The position numbers and the translations under genes are program-made. Under the pieces are notes generated by a model. The model made no database searches, was not told where the DNA came from, and saw only the letters and a list, made by a program, of their open reading frames with translations. Below are positions 39,255-48,921 of a stretch of DNA of 64,000 nt, in pieces (the stretch's first letter is position 1; every line of letters begins with the position of its first letter). The stretch is from Alphaproteobacteria bacterium RIFCSPHIGHO2_01_FULL_41_14 (lineage in GTDB: Bacteria; Pseudomonadota; Alphaproteobacteria; UBA7879; UBA5542): assembly GCA_001767855.1 (NCBI GenBank), contig MEMF01000002.1, positions 808,893 to 872,892 of the forward strand, given 5' to 3'.

Positions 39255-40356
39255 ATGCGTACAGAAATAACTCAAATGGTCGAAGAAATCAAACACTCTC
39301 TCTCCCTCTTGCGGAGGTTTCTTTGACTGGGATGCGGCACAGGCCCGCCTTAAAGAATTAGACACCCTCACCGAAGCGGTAGATTTCTGGGACGACCCTC
39401 AAAAAGCCCAACCCATTATGCAAGAGCGGACAGGTCTTACCCAAAGAATTCAAACCCTCCACGACTTTGAGAAAAGATTGGAAGACGGCCTCGTGTTCAT
39501 CGAACTGGGCGAGGCAGAAGAAGATGAGGCCACCATTCTAGAAGGCGAAAACGCCTTAGAAGCCTTAAGAAGAGAACTGAAATTGGCACAATTGGAAAGC
39601 CTACTCTCTGGCGAAGCTGATGCTTGTGGTGCGTTTCTTGAAATTCATGCGGGAGCTGGTGGCACCGAGGCCCAAGACTGGGCCGAAATGTTGATGCGCA
39701 TGTACCTCAGATGGTGTGAAGGCCGACGATACAAAGTCTCCGTGCTACAAGAAACACCGGGAGAGGAAGCCGGCATCAAATCCATCACCTTTCAAATCAC
39801 GGGCCCCAAAGCCTATGGATGGCTCAAAACAGAAAGCGGCGTCCATCGTTTGGTGCGCATTTCGCCCTTTGACGCCAATGGCAAACGCCACACCAGTTTT
39901 GCCTCTGTGTGGGTGTATCCTGTAATCGATGAATCCATTGAAATTGAGATTTTGGAAAAAGACCTGCGCATCGACACCTATCGAGCGTCCGGCGCTGGGG
40001 GGCAGCACGTGAACAAAACAGACAGTGCCATCCGCATCACCCACCTTCCCACGGGCATTGTGGTGCAATGTCAGAACGATCGCTCTCAGCACCGCAACCG
40101 CGCCCAAGCGTACGAGATGCTGCGCTCACGCCTCTATGAATTCGAGTTGCAAAAAAAGCAAGAAATTGCCCAAGCCCAGGCTGACTCTAAAACAGAGATC
40201 GGCTGGGGCCACCAAATCCGCTCGTACGTTCTGCAGCCGTACCAAATGGTAAAAGACTTGCGGACGGGCGTGGAAAAAGGCAACGCCATGGGCGTTCTGG
40301 ATGGCAAGATCGACGATTTCCTCGAAGCAGCGCTCAGTCAACGATTGGGGTCGTAG
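39255..40356 (+). CDS. prfB: Peptide chain release factor 2 with programmed +1 frameshift
   Basis: Frame 1 MRTEITQMVEEIKHSLSLLRRFL then CTT-TGA-C at 39321-39327; +1 frame DWDAA... continues to SPF and GGQ motifs. Confidence 0.96.
39313..39327 (+). promoter_or_regulatory. RF2 autoregulatory frameshift cassette
   Basis: Internal SD GGAGG, 3-nt spacer, CTTTGAC. Confidence 0.95.
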
Positions 40357-40400
40357 GGGTAAAATTGTCAGCTGCGCAACGACGGTTTAGGAAAGATCCC

Positions 40401-42239
40401 CTAATGAAAAAAGTCGTAGATAGTTTGGGCAATAGCCTGGCTAATCCCCGTCACTTTTTTCAAATCCGCCACACCAGCTCCTGAAATCGCTTTCACCGAT
40501 CCGAAATGTTGCAGCAGATCTTTTTTCCGCTGCGCGCCAATGCCTTTGATGTCATCCAACTGCGAGCCTGTCACCGCCTTTTGTTTCTTCTGGCGATGGG
40601 CCCCAATGGCAAACCGATGGGCTTCATCCCGGAGTCGTTGCAAGTAATATAAAACAGGATCCGTAGGCTCTAAGGAAAAGGGCGCCTGATTGGGCAGAAA
40701 AAATTTTTCCCGTCCCGCGTTCCTGTCTGGCCCCTTGGCAATGGCGGCGATAGGGATGTGCATCACGCCTAACTCTTGCATCACCTGAAGACCGGCGGAT
40801 AGTTGCCCCTGCCCCCCATCCAGTAAAACAAGATCGGGAAACTGGGCAGGTTCTGCCTTCTGAAAGCGACGATTCAGTACCTCGCGCATCATGGCATAGT
40901 CGTCCCCGCCGTGTTCGTGGGCCGTCACATTCTTAATACCAAAGGTGCGGTACGCTTTTTTATCGAACCCCTCTGGCGTCGCCACAATCATCACCCCATA
41001 GGCCTCTCGTCCTTGGTTGTGGCTGTTATCATAAACCTCGATGCGTTTCGGGAGGGTAGGCAAGGCAAAGAGACGCGCCACCTCTTGCCAAATCTTTTTG
41101 CTAGAGGCCGTCTCGACCAGTTTGGAGGCCAGCACCTCTTTGGCATTTTTCTCCGCTTGCTGAATCAGTTGGAATCGCTTGCCCTGTTGCGGCACCTCCA
41201 ACGTCACGGCGTACCCTGCTTGTTCTGACAACATTTTTTCCAGAGTTTCTTGTTCGGGCAAAGCTTTGTTCAGCAACACTTGTTTGGGCACAGCCGCCCC
41301 CGCGTAAAACCAAGACACAAAGGCCTCCAAAATCTCTTCATCCGTATCCGCCGGGTCATATTTGGGAAAGTAAGACCGGCTGCCATAATTCGACCCATGC
41401 CGGAAAAAGAAAATTTGCACCGCCGCTTTGCCATGCAAGCGCACCAAGGCAATCACATCCAGATTCTCGGCCCCCTTCAGATACACCCCTTGCTCTTCTT
41501 GTGTTTTTGTCAGGGCCTGAATTTGGTCTCTCAAGTGCGCTGCCCGCTCATAAAACCGGGCCGCGCTTGCCTCTTCCATTTGCTGCGCGAGACGCTTCTG
41601 CAACGTATGCGTCTTGCCCAATAAAAACTGACGCGCATTTTCCACCTGCTGCTCATAGTCAACGGCCGAAACTTTCGCCACACAGGGCGCCGTGCACCGC
41701 TTGATGTAATATTGCAAGCAGGGGCGAGTCCGATTTTTATACACGCTGGAGGTACAGGTGCGAAGCTTGAACACCCGCGACAAAATCTCCAAAGTCTTGC
41801 GCGCTGCTTGGGTGGAGGCAAAGGGTCCAAAATAATCACCTGCCTCTGTTTTCGCACCCCGATGCAGGGTCAAGGCGGGCGGTAACTCTCCCCGTGTCAG
41901 CAAGATATAGGGGAACGATTTATCATCCCGAAAAAGAACATTATATCGAGGTGTGAGGCTTTTGATGAGATTCGCCTCTAACAGCAACGCCTCCCCTTCC
42001 GTATGGGTGGTGACGAACTCCATGGTGCGCGTCAGAGAAATCATGCGCTGAATCCGAATAGTCTGCTTTTCCGGGCGCGTATAACTCACCACCCGTTTCT
42101 TCAGATTCTTGGCCTTGCCCACGTAAAGAACGGCGCATTGATCATCCAACATGCGATACACACCCGGCGCCGAGCTGAGTGTTTTTACATAGCTCTGGAT
42201 AATCTCCACACCCTTTTCAAGAGACGATTTGTTCTTCAT
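40401..42239 (-). CDS. uvrC: Excinuclease ABC subunit C
   Basis: GIY-YIG (PGVY..LYVGKAKNLKKR), RIEVYDNSH, DDYAMMREV, DGGQGQ, HhH. Confidence 0.97.
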   Translation of the reverse strand: MKNKSSLEKGVEIIQSYVKTLSSAPGVYRMLDDQCAVLYVGKAKNLKKRVVSYTRPEKQTIRIQRMISLTRTMEFVTTHTEGEALLLEANLIKSLTPRYNVLFRDDKSFPYILLTRGELPPALTLHRGAKTEAGDYFGPFASTQAARKTLEILSRVFKLRTCTSSVYKNRTRPCLQYYIKRCTAPCVAKVSAVDYEQQVENARQFLLGKTHTLQKRLAQQMEEASAARFYERAAHLRDQIQALTKTQEEQGVYLKGAENLDVIALVRLHGKAAVQIFFFRHGSNYGSRSYFPKYDPADTDEEILEAFVSWFYAGAAVPKQVLLNKALPEQETLEKMLSEQAGYAVTLEVPQQGKRFQLIQQAEKNAKEVLASKLVETASSKKIWQEVARLFALPTLPKRIEVYDNSHNQGREAYGVMIVATPEGFDKKAYRTFGIKNVTAHEHGGDDYAMMREVLNRRFQKAEPAQFPDLVLLDGGQGQLSAGLQVMQELGVMHIPIAAIAKGPDRNAGREKFFLPNQAPFSLEPTDPVLYYLQRLRDEAHRFAIGAHRQKKQKAVTGSQLDDIKGIGAQRKKDLLQHFGSVKAISGAGVADLKKVTGISQAIAQTIYDFFH

Positions 42240-42240
42240 A
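42162..42240. repeat. 79-bp direct repeat copy 1 (5' end of functional uvrC)
   Basis: 73/79 identical to 43991-44069; 44-bp perfect core 42197-42240. Confidence 0.95.
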
Positions 42241-42266
42241 TCTCGCGGAGTATATCACTCCACTCC

Positions 42267-42376
42267 CGTCACTGCGAGGAAATCCAAGAGGATTGACGAC
42301 GCAGTCCCCACCTGTCTTCCTCGGTAAAAAAGCTGGATTGCTTTGTCGCCCCTGACGGACCTCCTCGAGAATGACG
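42267..42376. repeat. Degenerate palindromic element (Rickettsia-RPE/REP-like)
   Basis: Ends CGTCACTGCGAGGA ... TCCTCGAGAATGACG; inner arms GACGACGCAGTCC / GGATTGCTTTGTC. Confidence 0.65.
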
Positions 42377-42494
42377 TATTGTGGCGAGCAGAATGAGGAG
42401 TGTTCGTTCTCGTAGAGAGGACCCGCTGAAATTTTTCTTCCATTTGATTATTTTATAAGCTAGAGTCCACAACTGCGTAAAGGAGGCCAAAACG

Positions 42495-43610
42495 ATGAAA
42501 TACCTCAGTTCTTTTTTTCTATTATTTTTAAGCCATAATGTGCTTTCGGCTCCATTTTCCACCTCGGAGGATCTTTCTAAATTTGATGGAAAACCCGTTG
42601 TTGTCCTCTGGCGCGGTACCCACTTCTCCCCTACCCATTTCGAGGATGACCAAGCTCAGCGGGATTATATGGCAGCTCACGGTCTTCAAATTCCCATTTA
42701 TTGTGCAGCAGCCCATAAAAAAAATAACGTCCTTTACACAGACCCTCTGACGCCAGCGCGGGAAAAGTCATTAGACGCTGTCGTTTCCCAAATCCAAGTT
42801 TTCTTTAAAAAAATGGAAGCCAGTCAACCCATTACAATTAACCGTAAGGGTTTCTCTAATCGCCGCCATGCCTTTCAACAAATTTATTCTAACAGTACTG
42901 ACTTTATTTCTGGGCTGAATCAACCGATTTTGCCACAAACTTATAGTAAGTACAAAGCGATGGTGGAGGGCCTCCCAAAAGGCAATCCTCTTTTATCTTT
43001 TACTACAGATGTGAGTCATGCTGGAAACTACGGATATGGCTTGAAAGACTATGGGCACATTGATACTCTAGACAGTCTGTACGATGCAGAAGGACATCGT
43101 CAACATACGCACCTAGGATATTTGCAAGGAATTTTTTTAACCGATACCATCGCAAAAAAAACGATGCCCTATGATGTGGTTGCCCACCATAAGGAGAAAA
43201 ACATAAAAATTTCCACTCATTTTTCAAACAATATTTTGTCAGAGAAGGAGGTTTCCTTTGTGGGAAAAATGCTGGGTCAAGCCGTTGTCATAACCTTGCC
43301 CTTGGAAATTCCAGATCTATATGGTGACTATCCGGGTGAATACCGAACCCAATTTGGTCTCACAAAAAAGAAATACGATAATATTCGTGCCATCGTAACA
43401 GATAAGAATACCTCTGTAGAAATAAAACAGGCTCGCGTTACCCGTATGTTAAAAGAATTAATCTATCCTGCTAAAGAGGATGGACAGCTTATTTACAAAA
43501 ATACTCTGGCCCATAGAGCCCGAACCCACCTAAGAGAAATTCTTGAAAACCGCGAGAACTTTAAAAAAGGAATTATTGGGTTAAATGGTCGCGTCTATGA
43601 TGCCGAGTGA
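42495..43610 (+). CDS. Exported protein with R-S-E ADP-ribosyltransferase-like motifs
   Basis: AAGGAGG RBS; signal MKYLSSFFLLFLSHNVLSA; LWRG, LSFTTD, SEKEVSF in canonical order. Confidence 0.7.
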   Translation: MKYLSSFFLLFLSHNVLSAPFSTSEDLSKFDGKPVVVLWRGTHFSPTHFEDDQAQRDYMAAHGLQIPIYCAAAHKKNNVLYTDPLTPAREKSLDAVVSQIQVFFKKMEASQPITINRKGFSNRRHAFQQIYSNSTDFISGLNQPILPQTYSKYKAMVEGLPKGNPLLSFTTDVSHAGNYGYGLKDYGHIDTLDSLYDAEGHRQHTHLGYLQGIFLTDTIAKKTMPYDVVAHHKEKNIKISTHFSNNILSEKEVSFVGKMLGQAVVITLPLEIPDLYGDYPGEYRTQFGLTKKKYDNIRAIVTDKNTSVEIKQARVTRMLKELIYPAKEDGQLIYKNTLAHRARTHLREILENRENFKKGIIGLNGRVYDAE

Positions 43611-43674
43611 TATAAGTAAAATAGTCCGAGATAGCCTCCCCAATTTGGCTATCCTTTATTCAGACAATTTTTCT

Positions 43675-43990
43675 TCACCGCGACTCCCAATGGCCGATGA
43701 AAGCCACAGCTTCATCATCTCCTGACCAATGGAGGATGGTCACCACAAAGAATTTCAACGGCTAATCGCCGATGGCGCGGACCTGAAAGATGGCCTCCTT
43801 CGGAAGGGTCAGCGTGGTGCCACGTTTGACTTTAACGCAGCTTTTGGCCTCCGTCTTCAGATCTTTCCGCCGAAACCAGCCTTCTCCTGAAATCACGTGC
43901 CACACTCCTGTGATGGTTTTGTGATAAACAGGTTTGGAAATACTGCCTGCCGAGAAGGTACATTTGATAGAGCTCATAACACCTGAGGAG
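43675..43990 (-). pseudogene. Cupin-domain pseudogene (5'-truncated, internal TAG)
   Basis: SKPVYHKTITGVWHVISGEG..TLPKEAIFQVRAIGD, TAG at 43762-43764, then in frame PLKFFVVTILHWSGDDEAVAFIGHWESR*. Confidence 0.75.
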
Positions 43991-44069
43991 ACCCAGCGCT
44001 GAGCTGAGTGTTTTCACATACCCCAGGATAATCTCCACACCCTTTTCAAGAGACGATTTGTTCTTCATA
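43991..44069 (-). pseudogene. uvrC: uvrC 5' stub (direct repeat copy 2)
   Basis: Encodes MKNKSSLEKGVEIILGYVKTLSSALG; its ATG overlaps the TGA of the upstream GT9 gene. Confidence 0.9.
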
Positions 44070-45102
44070 CCCAAGACAAACTCTTCAGTTTGGCCATGAC
44101 TTGGTCCGGCGTAATTTCTTCCAAATTGTTGGGTAGCTCAACCACCTGATCTGTCTTGGACGCCCGCAACCCTTCCAACGGTGCGTAATGGTGAATGGGA
44201 ACCTGCGCTTGCCCCAACAAAACCAACCCCTTTGTCCCCACCATGGGGGCAGCGTGGGTGACACCCGTATCATTTCCCACCACAAAGTCACACAGCCGCA
44301 GCACTTGCAAGGTCCGACGCAAATCCCCCGTCACAAACATAGCCTCCACCCCTTGTCTCTGGAGGGCTGCCTGAATTTCCATACCTTCCGCTGCCTCCGC
44401 TGGCCCCCCCAAAATAAAAAGAGTTCCTTTTTTCTCTTGAAATATTTTTTCTCCGAGCACGATGAAAGAATCTATTGGCCATTTCTTAGAGGCTTCACTA
44501 GAGCTGATGCACAAGGCCATCCAGGGATGTTTCTGCTTTCCAAATTCTTGCCGCACGCTTTTCAAAAAAGAGGGATCCACCGCGAGGGGCGCCTCTTCCT
44601 TCAAGAAGGACAGATGATGCCGCTCCATCACGCGTGTCCCGCGAAGAATGGGGTGCTGCTTTTGTTCTTCAAGGCTTAAAAATGTCTCTGGGTTGGATAA
44701 AAAAGGTTTTTGGAGGCCCATACCTGGCCCGTACACGGTGGAGATCCCTGCCAACCGACAGGCGATGGGGTAGCGTAAGCTTCGGCTGTGCAAGATCCAC
44801 GCCTCTCGGAAACGATACCGCCGCAACATCTGGGCCAACCGCACGACACCCAAGGGTCCATCATGCACACCCGGTTTTAGATCAAGCCACAACACTTCTT
44901 CGATAGAGGGGTCCGCTTCCGCCAATAGTTGAGCGTGTGACCGAGGGCGGGTCAAGAGTGTCACTTTTTTTTCGGGGGTGGACTTCGCAATGGCATGGAG
45001 GTGGCGCACAAACCACATATAATCACCAATGCCTTGCAAGGGTTGAATCACCAGCGTTTTAGAATTTTTAGGGGGAATCTTATTCTGGGTCATCATTTTC
45101 AT
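44065..45102 (-). CDS. Glycosyltransferase family 9 (heptosyltransferase-like), second paralogue
   Basis: LVIQPLQGIGD, KKWP, VVGNDTGVTH. Confidence 0.88.
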   Translation of the reverse strand: MKMMTQNKIPPKNSKTLVIQPLQGIGDYMWFVRHLHAIAKSTPEKKVTLLTRPRSHAQLLAEADPSIEEVLWLDLKPGVHDGPLGVVRLAQMLRRYRFREAWILHSRSLRYPIACRLAGISTVYGPGMGLQKPFLSNPETFLSLEEQKQHPILRGTRVMERHHLSFLKEEAPLAVDPSFLKSVRQEFGKQKHPWMALCISSSEASKKWPIDSFIVLGEKIFQEKKGTLFILGGPAEAAEGMEIQAALQRQGVEAMFVTGDLRRTLQVLRLCDFVVGNDTGVTHAAPMVGTKGLVLLGQAQVPIHHYAPLEGLRASKTDQVVELPNNLEEITPDQVMAKLKSLSWV

Positions 45103-45577
45103 GTGGAAATTGGCCAGGAAATTGCCCAGGAAACTGATGGGTCTGCCGAAGAGCTTCGTTCAGCACCATCGCTCCGGCAATGGCCACATTCAAAGATCTG
45201 AGTCCGGGCACCAACGGGATGCGAACACGATGGTCACACTGGTGTAACACAGCATCCGGCAATCCGTCCCCTTCTTGCCCCAACAAAAGCAAGTCGTTGG
45301 GGTTAAATTGAAAGGATATATGGGTCTCTTCTCCTTTGCCATCCAAGGCAATGAGGCGCCCTTGGGGTTTGTCTTTTAAAAAATGATCCCAGGAGAAATG
45401 GCGCTTTAGATCCACCCGATCCCTATAATCCATGCCAGAGCGCCTGAGTTTAGCGTCCGTAAAGGTGAAGCCGCAGGGTTCGATGATCTCCATGCCCACT
45501 CCCATGCACGCCGCCAGCCTCAGTAAGGTACCAGTGTTTTGAGCAATTTCAGGTTGATAGAGGCACAAACGCATCAT
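45080..45577 (-). CDS. trmL: tRNA (cytidine34-2'-O)-methyltransferase
   Basis: YQPEIAQNTG, RRSGMDY, GQEGDGLP, RSLNVA. Confidence 0.93.
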   Translation of the reverse strand: MMRLCLYQPEIAQNTGTLLRLAACMGVGMEIIEPCGFTFTDAKLRRSGMDYRDRVDLKRHFSWDHFLKDKPQGRLIALDGKGEETHISFQFNPNDLLLLGQEGDGLPDAVLHQCDHRVRIPLVPGLRSLNVAIAGAMVLNEALRQTHQFPGQFPGQFPHENDDPE

Positions 45578-46140
45578 GGGTTAATGATCGATCGTCCTTT
45601 GCGCCAATACTCATACCCTGAGATAAGAGAGAGCAACGCCGCTGTCCACAACAAAACCACCCCCACTTCTTGAAACCCCCAGACATACTTCTTTGGGCCA
45701 TCGGCCAAAAGGTACGAGAGGCTGATCATCTGTACGGCTGTTTTCCATTTGGCGAGCACACTCACCGGCACGTTAACGTTTTCCAAAGAAAGGTGTTCTC
45801 GCAGCCCCGAAATAAAAATCTCCCGCCCCAGAATGATCAGGGCCGGTAGCAACGCGGTACCCTCGAGTCGCCCTGTGCCGGCAAGCATGATAATGGTGGT
45901 GGCAATGAGCAACTTATCCGCGATGGGGTCCAAAAATTTCCCAAAGGTGGACACATGGTTAAACCCACGCGCTACCATCCCATCCAGATAATCGGTGAAA
46001 CAGGCGGTTAGGTATAACACAACCGCCACCCCGTTCGCCCAATGCGCATCGATATAAAACATCCCAATAAAAGGGAAGAGAATCAGAATACGAAACAGAG
46101 TTAAAATATTGGCAAGAGTCATACCATCCAGTTTTATCAT
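45574..46140 (-). CDS. pgsA: CDP-diacylglycerol--glycerol-3-phosphate phosphatidyltransferase (start 46140 or 46122)
   Basis: ANILTLFRI, TDYLDGMVAR, GKFLDPIADK, AKWKTAVQM. Confidence 0.93.
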   Translation of the reverse strand: MIKLDGMTLANILTLFRILILFPFIGMFYIDAHWANGVAVVLYLTACFTDYLDGMVARGFNHVSTFGKFLDPIADKLLIATTIIMLAGTGRLEGTALLPALIILGREIFISGLREHLSLENVNVPVSVLAKWKTAVQMISLSYLLADGPKKYVWGFQEVGVVLLWTAALLSLISGYEYWRKGRSIINP

Positions 46141-46286
46141 AAAAAAAGAATGGACCCAACTGAAATGGAAAGAGAGGAGAATAAAAAAGGCAAACAGTTC
46201 TTTTTTAAATAAATTGGTCATTGAGCTTCTTTTGTTTCCTTTATTTTCTTGAAAAACTCAAGGAATCCCTGCATATATATGACACG

Positions 46287-47441
46287 ATGACACACTTAAA
46301 TTGGATCAATCTGGGGTTCCCCCCCCCGTCAAAAGAAACCCGCGTGGTGGTGGCCATGTCGGGCGGGGTGGATAGCTCCGTCACCGCCTCTCTGCTCGCG
46401 GAAGCGGGATACGACGTGGTAGGCATCACGCTGCAGCTCTATGATCACGGCATGGCGATTGGGAAAACAAAAGCCTGTTGTGCGGGCCAAGATATTTATG
46501 ATGCGAGTCAAGTCGCCACCAAAATGGGGTTCCCCCATTACGTGCTCGACTATGAATCTGTGTTCAAACAACAAGTGATGGATGATTTTGCTGATAGTTA
46601 TTTGCGCGGAGAGACCCCCATCCCCTGCGTTCAGTGCAACCAACAGGTCAAGTTCAAGGATCTTCTTAAAACGGCGAAAGACTTGGGCGGGCATTGTTTG
46701 GTCACGGGTCATTACGTACAACGCCTCAAGGGAGAAGAAAAGGCAGAGCTACACCAAGCGGTGGACCCCACCAAAGACCAAAGTTATTTTCTCTTTGCCA
46801 CCCGACAGGAAGAGCTGGATTATCTCCGCTTTCCCCTGGGGGGCCTCACCAAGGCTGAAACACGGCAACATGCCAAGCGATTTGGTCTATCCGTAGCCGA
46901 CAAACCTGATTCCCAAGATATTTGCTTTGTCCCCAATGGAGATTATGCATCGGTGGTTCAGAAATTGCGCCCGGGCGCCGCAGACCCCGGGGAGATCGTT
47001 CATGTGAACGGGTCTGTCTTAGGACGCCATCCCGGCATTATTCATTACACCATCGGTCAGCGCAAAGGGTTGGGGATTGGGGGCAGTACGGAGCTCGATG
47101 GGAAACCGCTCTATGTGGTGCGTTTGAACGCCCACACAAAGGAAGTGATTGTGGGCAGTCGCGAAGACCTAGCCCAGACCACCTTCACCATGGAGAAAGT
47201 TAACTGGCTGGGCGAGGTGTCTGATACTCCCCTTCCCTGCACGGTAAAGATCCGGTCTTCCCAAACGCCGTTACAGGCCGAAGTGACACGTACAACCACT
47301 GGCGCCTCTGTGACCTTACTGGAACCTGAGTACGGCATCTCTCCGGGACAAGCCTGTGTGTTTTATGAGGGAACGCGGGTGGTAGGCGGTGGGTGGATTG
47401 CGATGACAAGGAAAATGAGCCCCTCGAAGACGGGGGTTTAA
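46287..47441 (+). CDS. mnmA: tRNA 2-thiouridylase
   Basis: [44 protein letters not shown]. Confidence 0.96.
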   Translation: MTHLNWINLGFPPPSKETRVVVAMSGGVDSSVTASLLAEAGYDVVGITLQLYDHGMAIGKTKACCAGQDIYDASQVATKMGFPHYVLDYESVFKQQVMDDFADSYLRGETPIPCVQCNQQVKFKDLLKTAKDLGGHCLVTGHYVQRLKGEEKAELHQAVDPTKDQSYFLFATRQEELDYLRFPLGGLTKAETRQHAKRFGLSVADKPDSQDICFVPNGDYASVVQKLRPGAADPGEIVHVNGSVLGRHPGIIHYTIGQRKGLGIGGSTELDGKPLYVVRLNAHTKEVIVGSREDLAQTTFTMEKVNWLGEVSDTPLPCTVKIRSSQTPLQAEVTRTTTGASVTLLEPEYGISPGQACVFYEGTRVVGGGWIAMTRKMSPSKTGV

Positions 47442-47485
47442 AACGTCGGATAGTAAAAAAACAAGATTGAAAAGAAAAAAATGGG

Positions 47486-47562
<77 letters not shown>

Positions 47563-47577
47563 AACCAAGTTATCATG

Positions 47578-47652
47578 TGGTGGGCGATGACGGGATTGAA
47601 CCGCCGACCCTCTCGGTGTAAACGAGACGCTCTACCGCTGAGCTAATCGCCC
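47578..47652 (-). tRNA. tRNA-Val (TAC)
   Basis: GGGCGATTAGCTCAGCGGTAGAGC..TTTACAC..GTTCAATCC..ATCGCCCACCA. Confidence 0.96.
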
Positions 47653-47713
47653 CTGCACCACACACGTGTGTATAACAAATAAACAAATTTGCTTCAACAC
47701 AAAAGTTGCCTTT

Positions 47714-47989
47714 TTACTTAGCAACCCGTTCTTTTAGTCCTTTTCCTGCTTTGAATTTAGGAAGACGCGCGGCAGCGATTTTTATTTTTTCGCCTGTACG
47801 GGGGTTGCGTCCTTCAGTTGCTTTACGGTGTACTGTTAGAAACGTCCCAAATCCGACAACACGCACAGCTTCCCCTGCTTTCAAAGCCTTTGCGATTGAT
47901 TCAAATACGCCATCCACAGCTTTTGCTGCTGATGCTTTTGACAATCCTGCATTTTCTGCAACTTGCACTATAAGCTCATTTTTTTTCAC
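47714..47989 (-). CDS. hup: DNA-binding protein HU
   Basis: GFGTF, GRNPRTGEKI, PKFKAGKGLK. Confidence 0.95.
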   Translation of the reverse strand: MKKNELIVQVAENAGLSKASAAKAVDGVFESIAKALKAGEAVRVVGFGTFLTVHRKATEGRNPRTGEKIKIAAARLPKFKAGKGLKERVAK

Positions 47990-48216
47990 TTTTGACCTCT
48001 TTCGGTTAACGTTAATGGTTGACTATATATACTAATAAAAACCCTTTTTATTCTTTAGTCAATGCTATTTCGCAGAAAGAGTAAGGATATACTTACAAAA
48101 ACCCTCATTTTCTTCTTTAGATCATCTAAATAATCAAAAATACTGAAAAATTTATTTATTGAAAAAGAATGGATTTTCTAACTCTAAGATTCTTGAAGAC
48201 TATCTTTGTTCTTTTT

Positions 48217-48921
48217 TTAATAATTTTCTAGAAACTTTTTGGCAAAGTCAGAGGAAGGGTTCGTGAAAAAATCCCCTGCCGGTTTTTGTTCCAGCAGTTC
48301 CCCATGGTCCATAAAAAACACAAAGTCAGCCACTTTGTGGGCCAACCTTAATTCGTGGGTCGCCACAATAATCAGTCGATCCGGCCGCTTTAAGCTTTGG
48401 ATAAGCGCCCCCACATCATTCACCATGCCCGGGTCTAAGGCCGAGGTTGGCTCATCAAACAGCAAAAGCGGCGGATCCATCATGAGGGCCCGCGCAATGG
48501 CGATTCTCTGTTTCTGACCACCAGATAATTGGGCGGGGTACGAGTCACGCTTGCTCACCAAATTAAAACTTTCAAGGAGACTCAAGGCCTTCCCCTCCAG
48601 GACAGAAAGATCGTTGCCTTTTTTTAACAAAGACGGCGCTAACATAAGGTTCTTCCAAACCGTCAGGTGGGGAAACAATTGGAAATTTTGAAAGACCAGT
48701 CCAATCTCGTCTGACGAGATATGGGTAATAGGATGCCCATTGAAAAAAATTCTTCCCCGCCGAAAAGTTTCAACCCGTGACAGACAGCGCAACAACGTGG
48801 ACTTGCCACTCCCCGAAGGGCCCAAGAGACCAACAACCTGGCCCATGGCTATTTCGAAGGAAATGTCTTTCAGAACTTCCGTTGATTTAAAGGATTTGTA
48901 TAAAGAAGAGACCTTAAGCAT
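48217..48921 (-). CDS. Polar amino-acid ABC transporter ATPase
   Basis: GPSGSGKST, LSGGQKQR, FDEPTSALDP. Confidence 0.93.
   Translation of the reverse strand: MLKVSSLYKSFKSTEVLKDISFEIAMGQVVGLLGPSGSGKSTLLRCLSRVETFRRGRIFFNGHPITHISSDEIGLVFQNFQLFPHLTVWKNLMLAPSLLKKGNDLSVLEGKALSLLESFNLVSKRDSYPAQLSGGQKQRIAIARALMMDPPLLLFDEPTSALDPGMVNDVGALIQSLKRPDRLIIVATHELRLAHKVADFVFFMDHGELLEQKPAGDFFTNPSSDFAKKFLENY

Noticed and set aside
43832..44074. 80-aa ORF starting like UvrC
   Set aside because: Chimera of the uvrC stub and an out-of-frame cupin remnant; unlikely to be a functional gene
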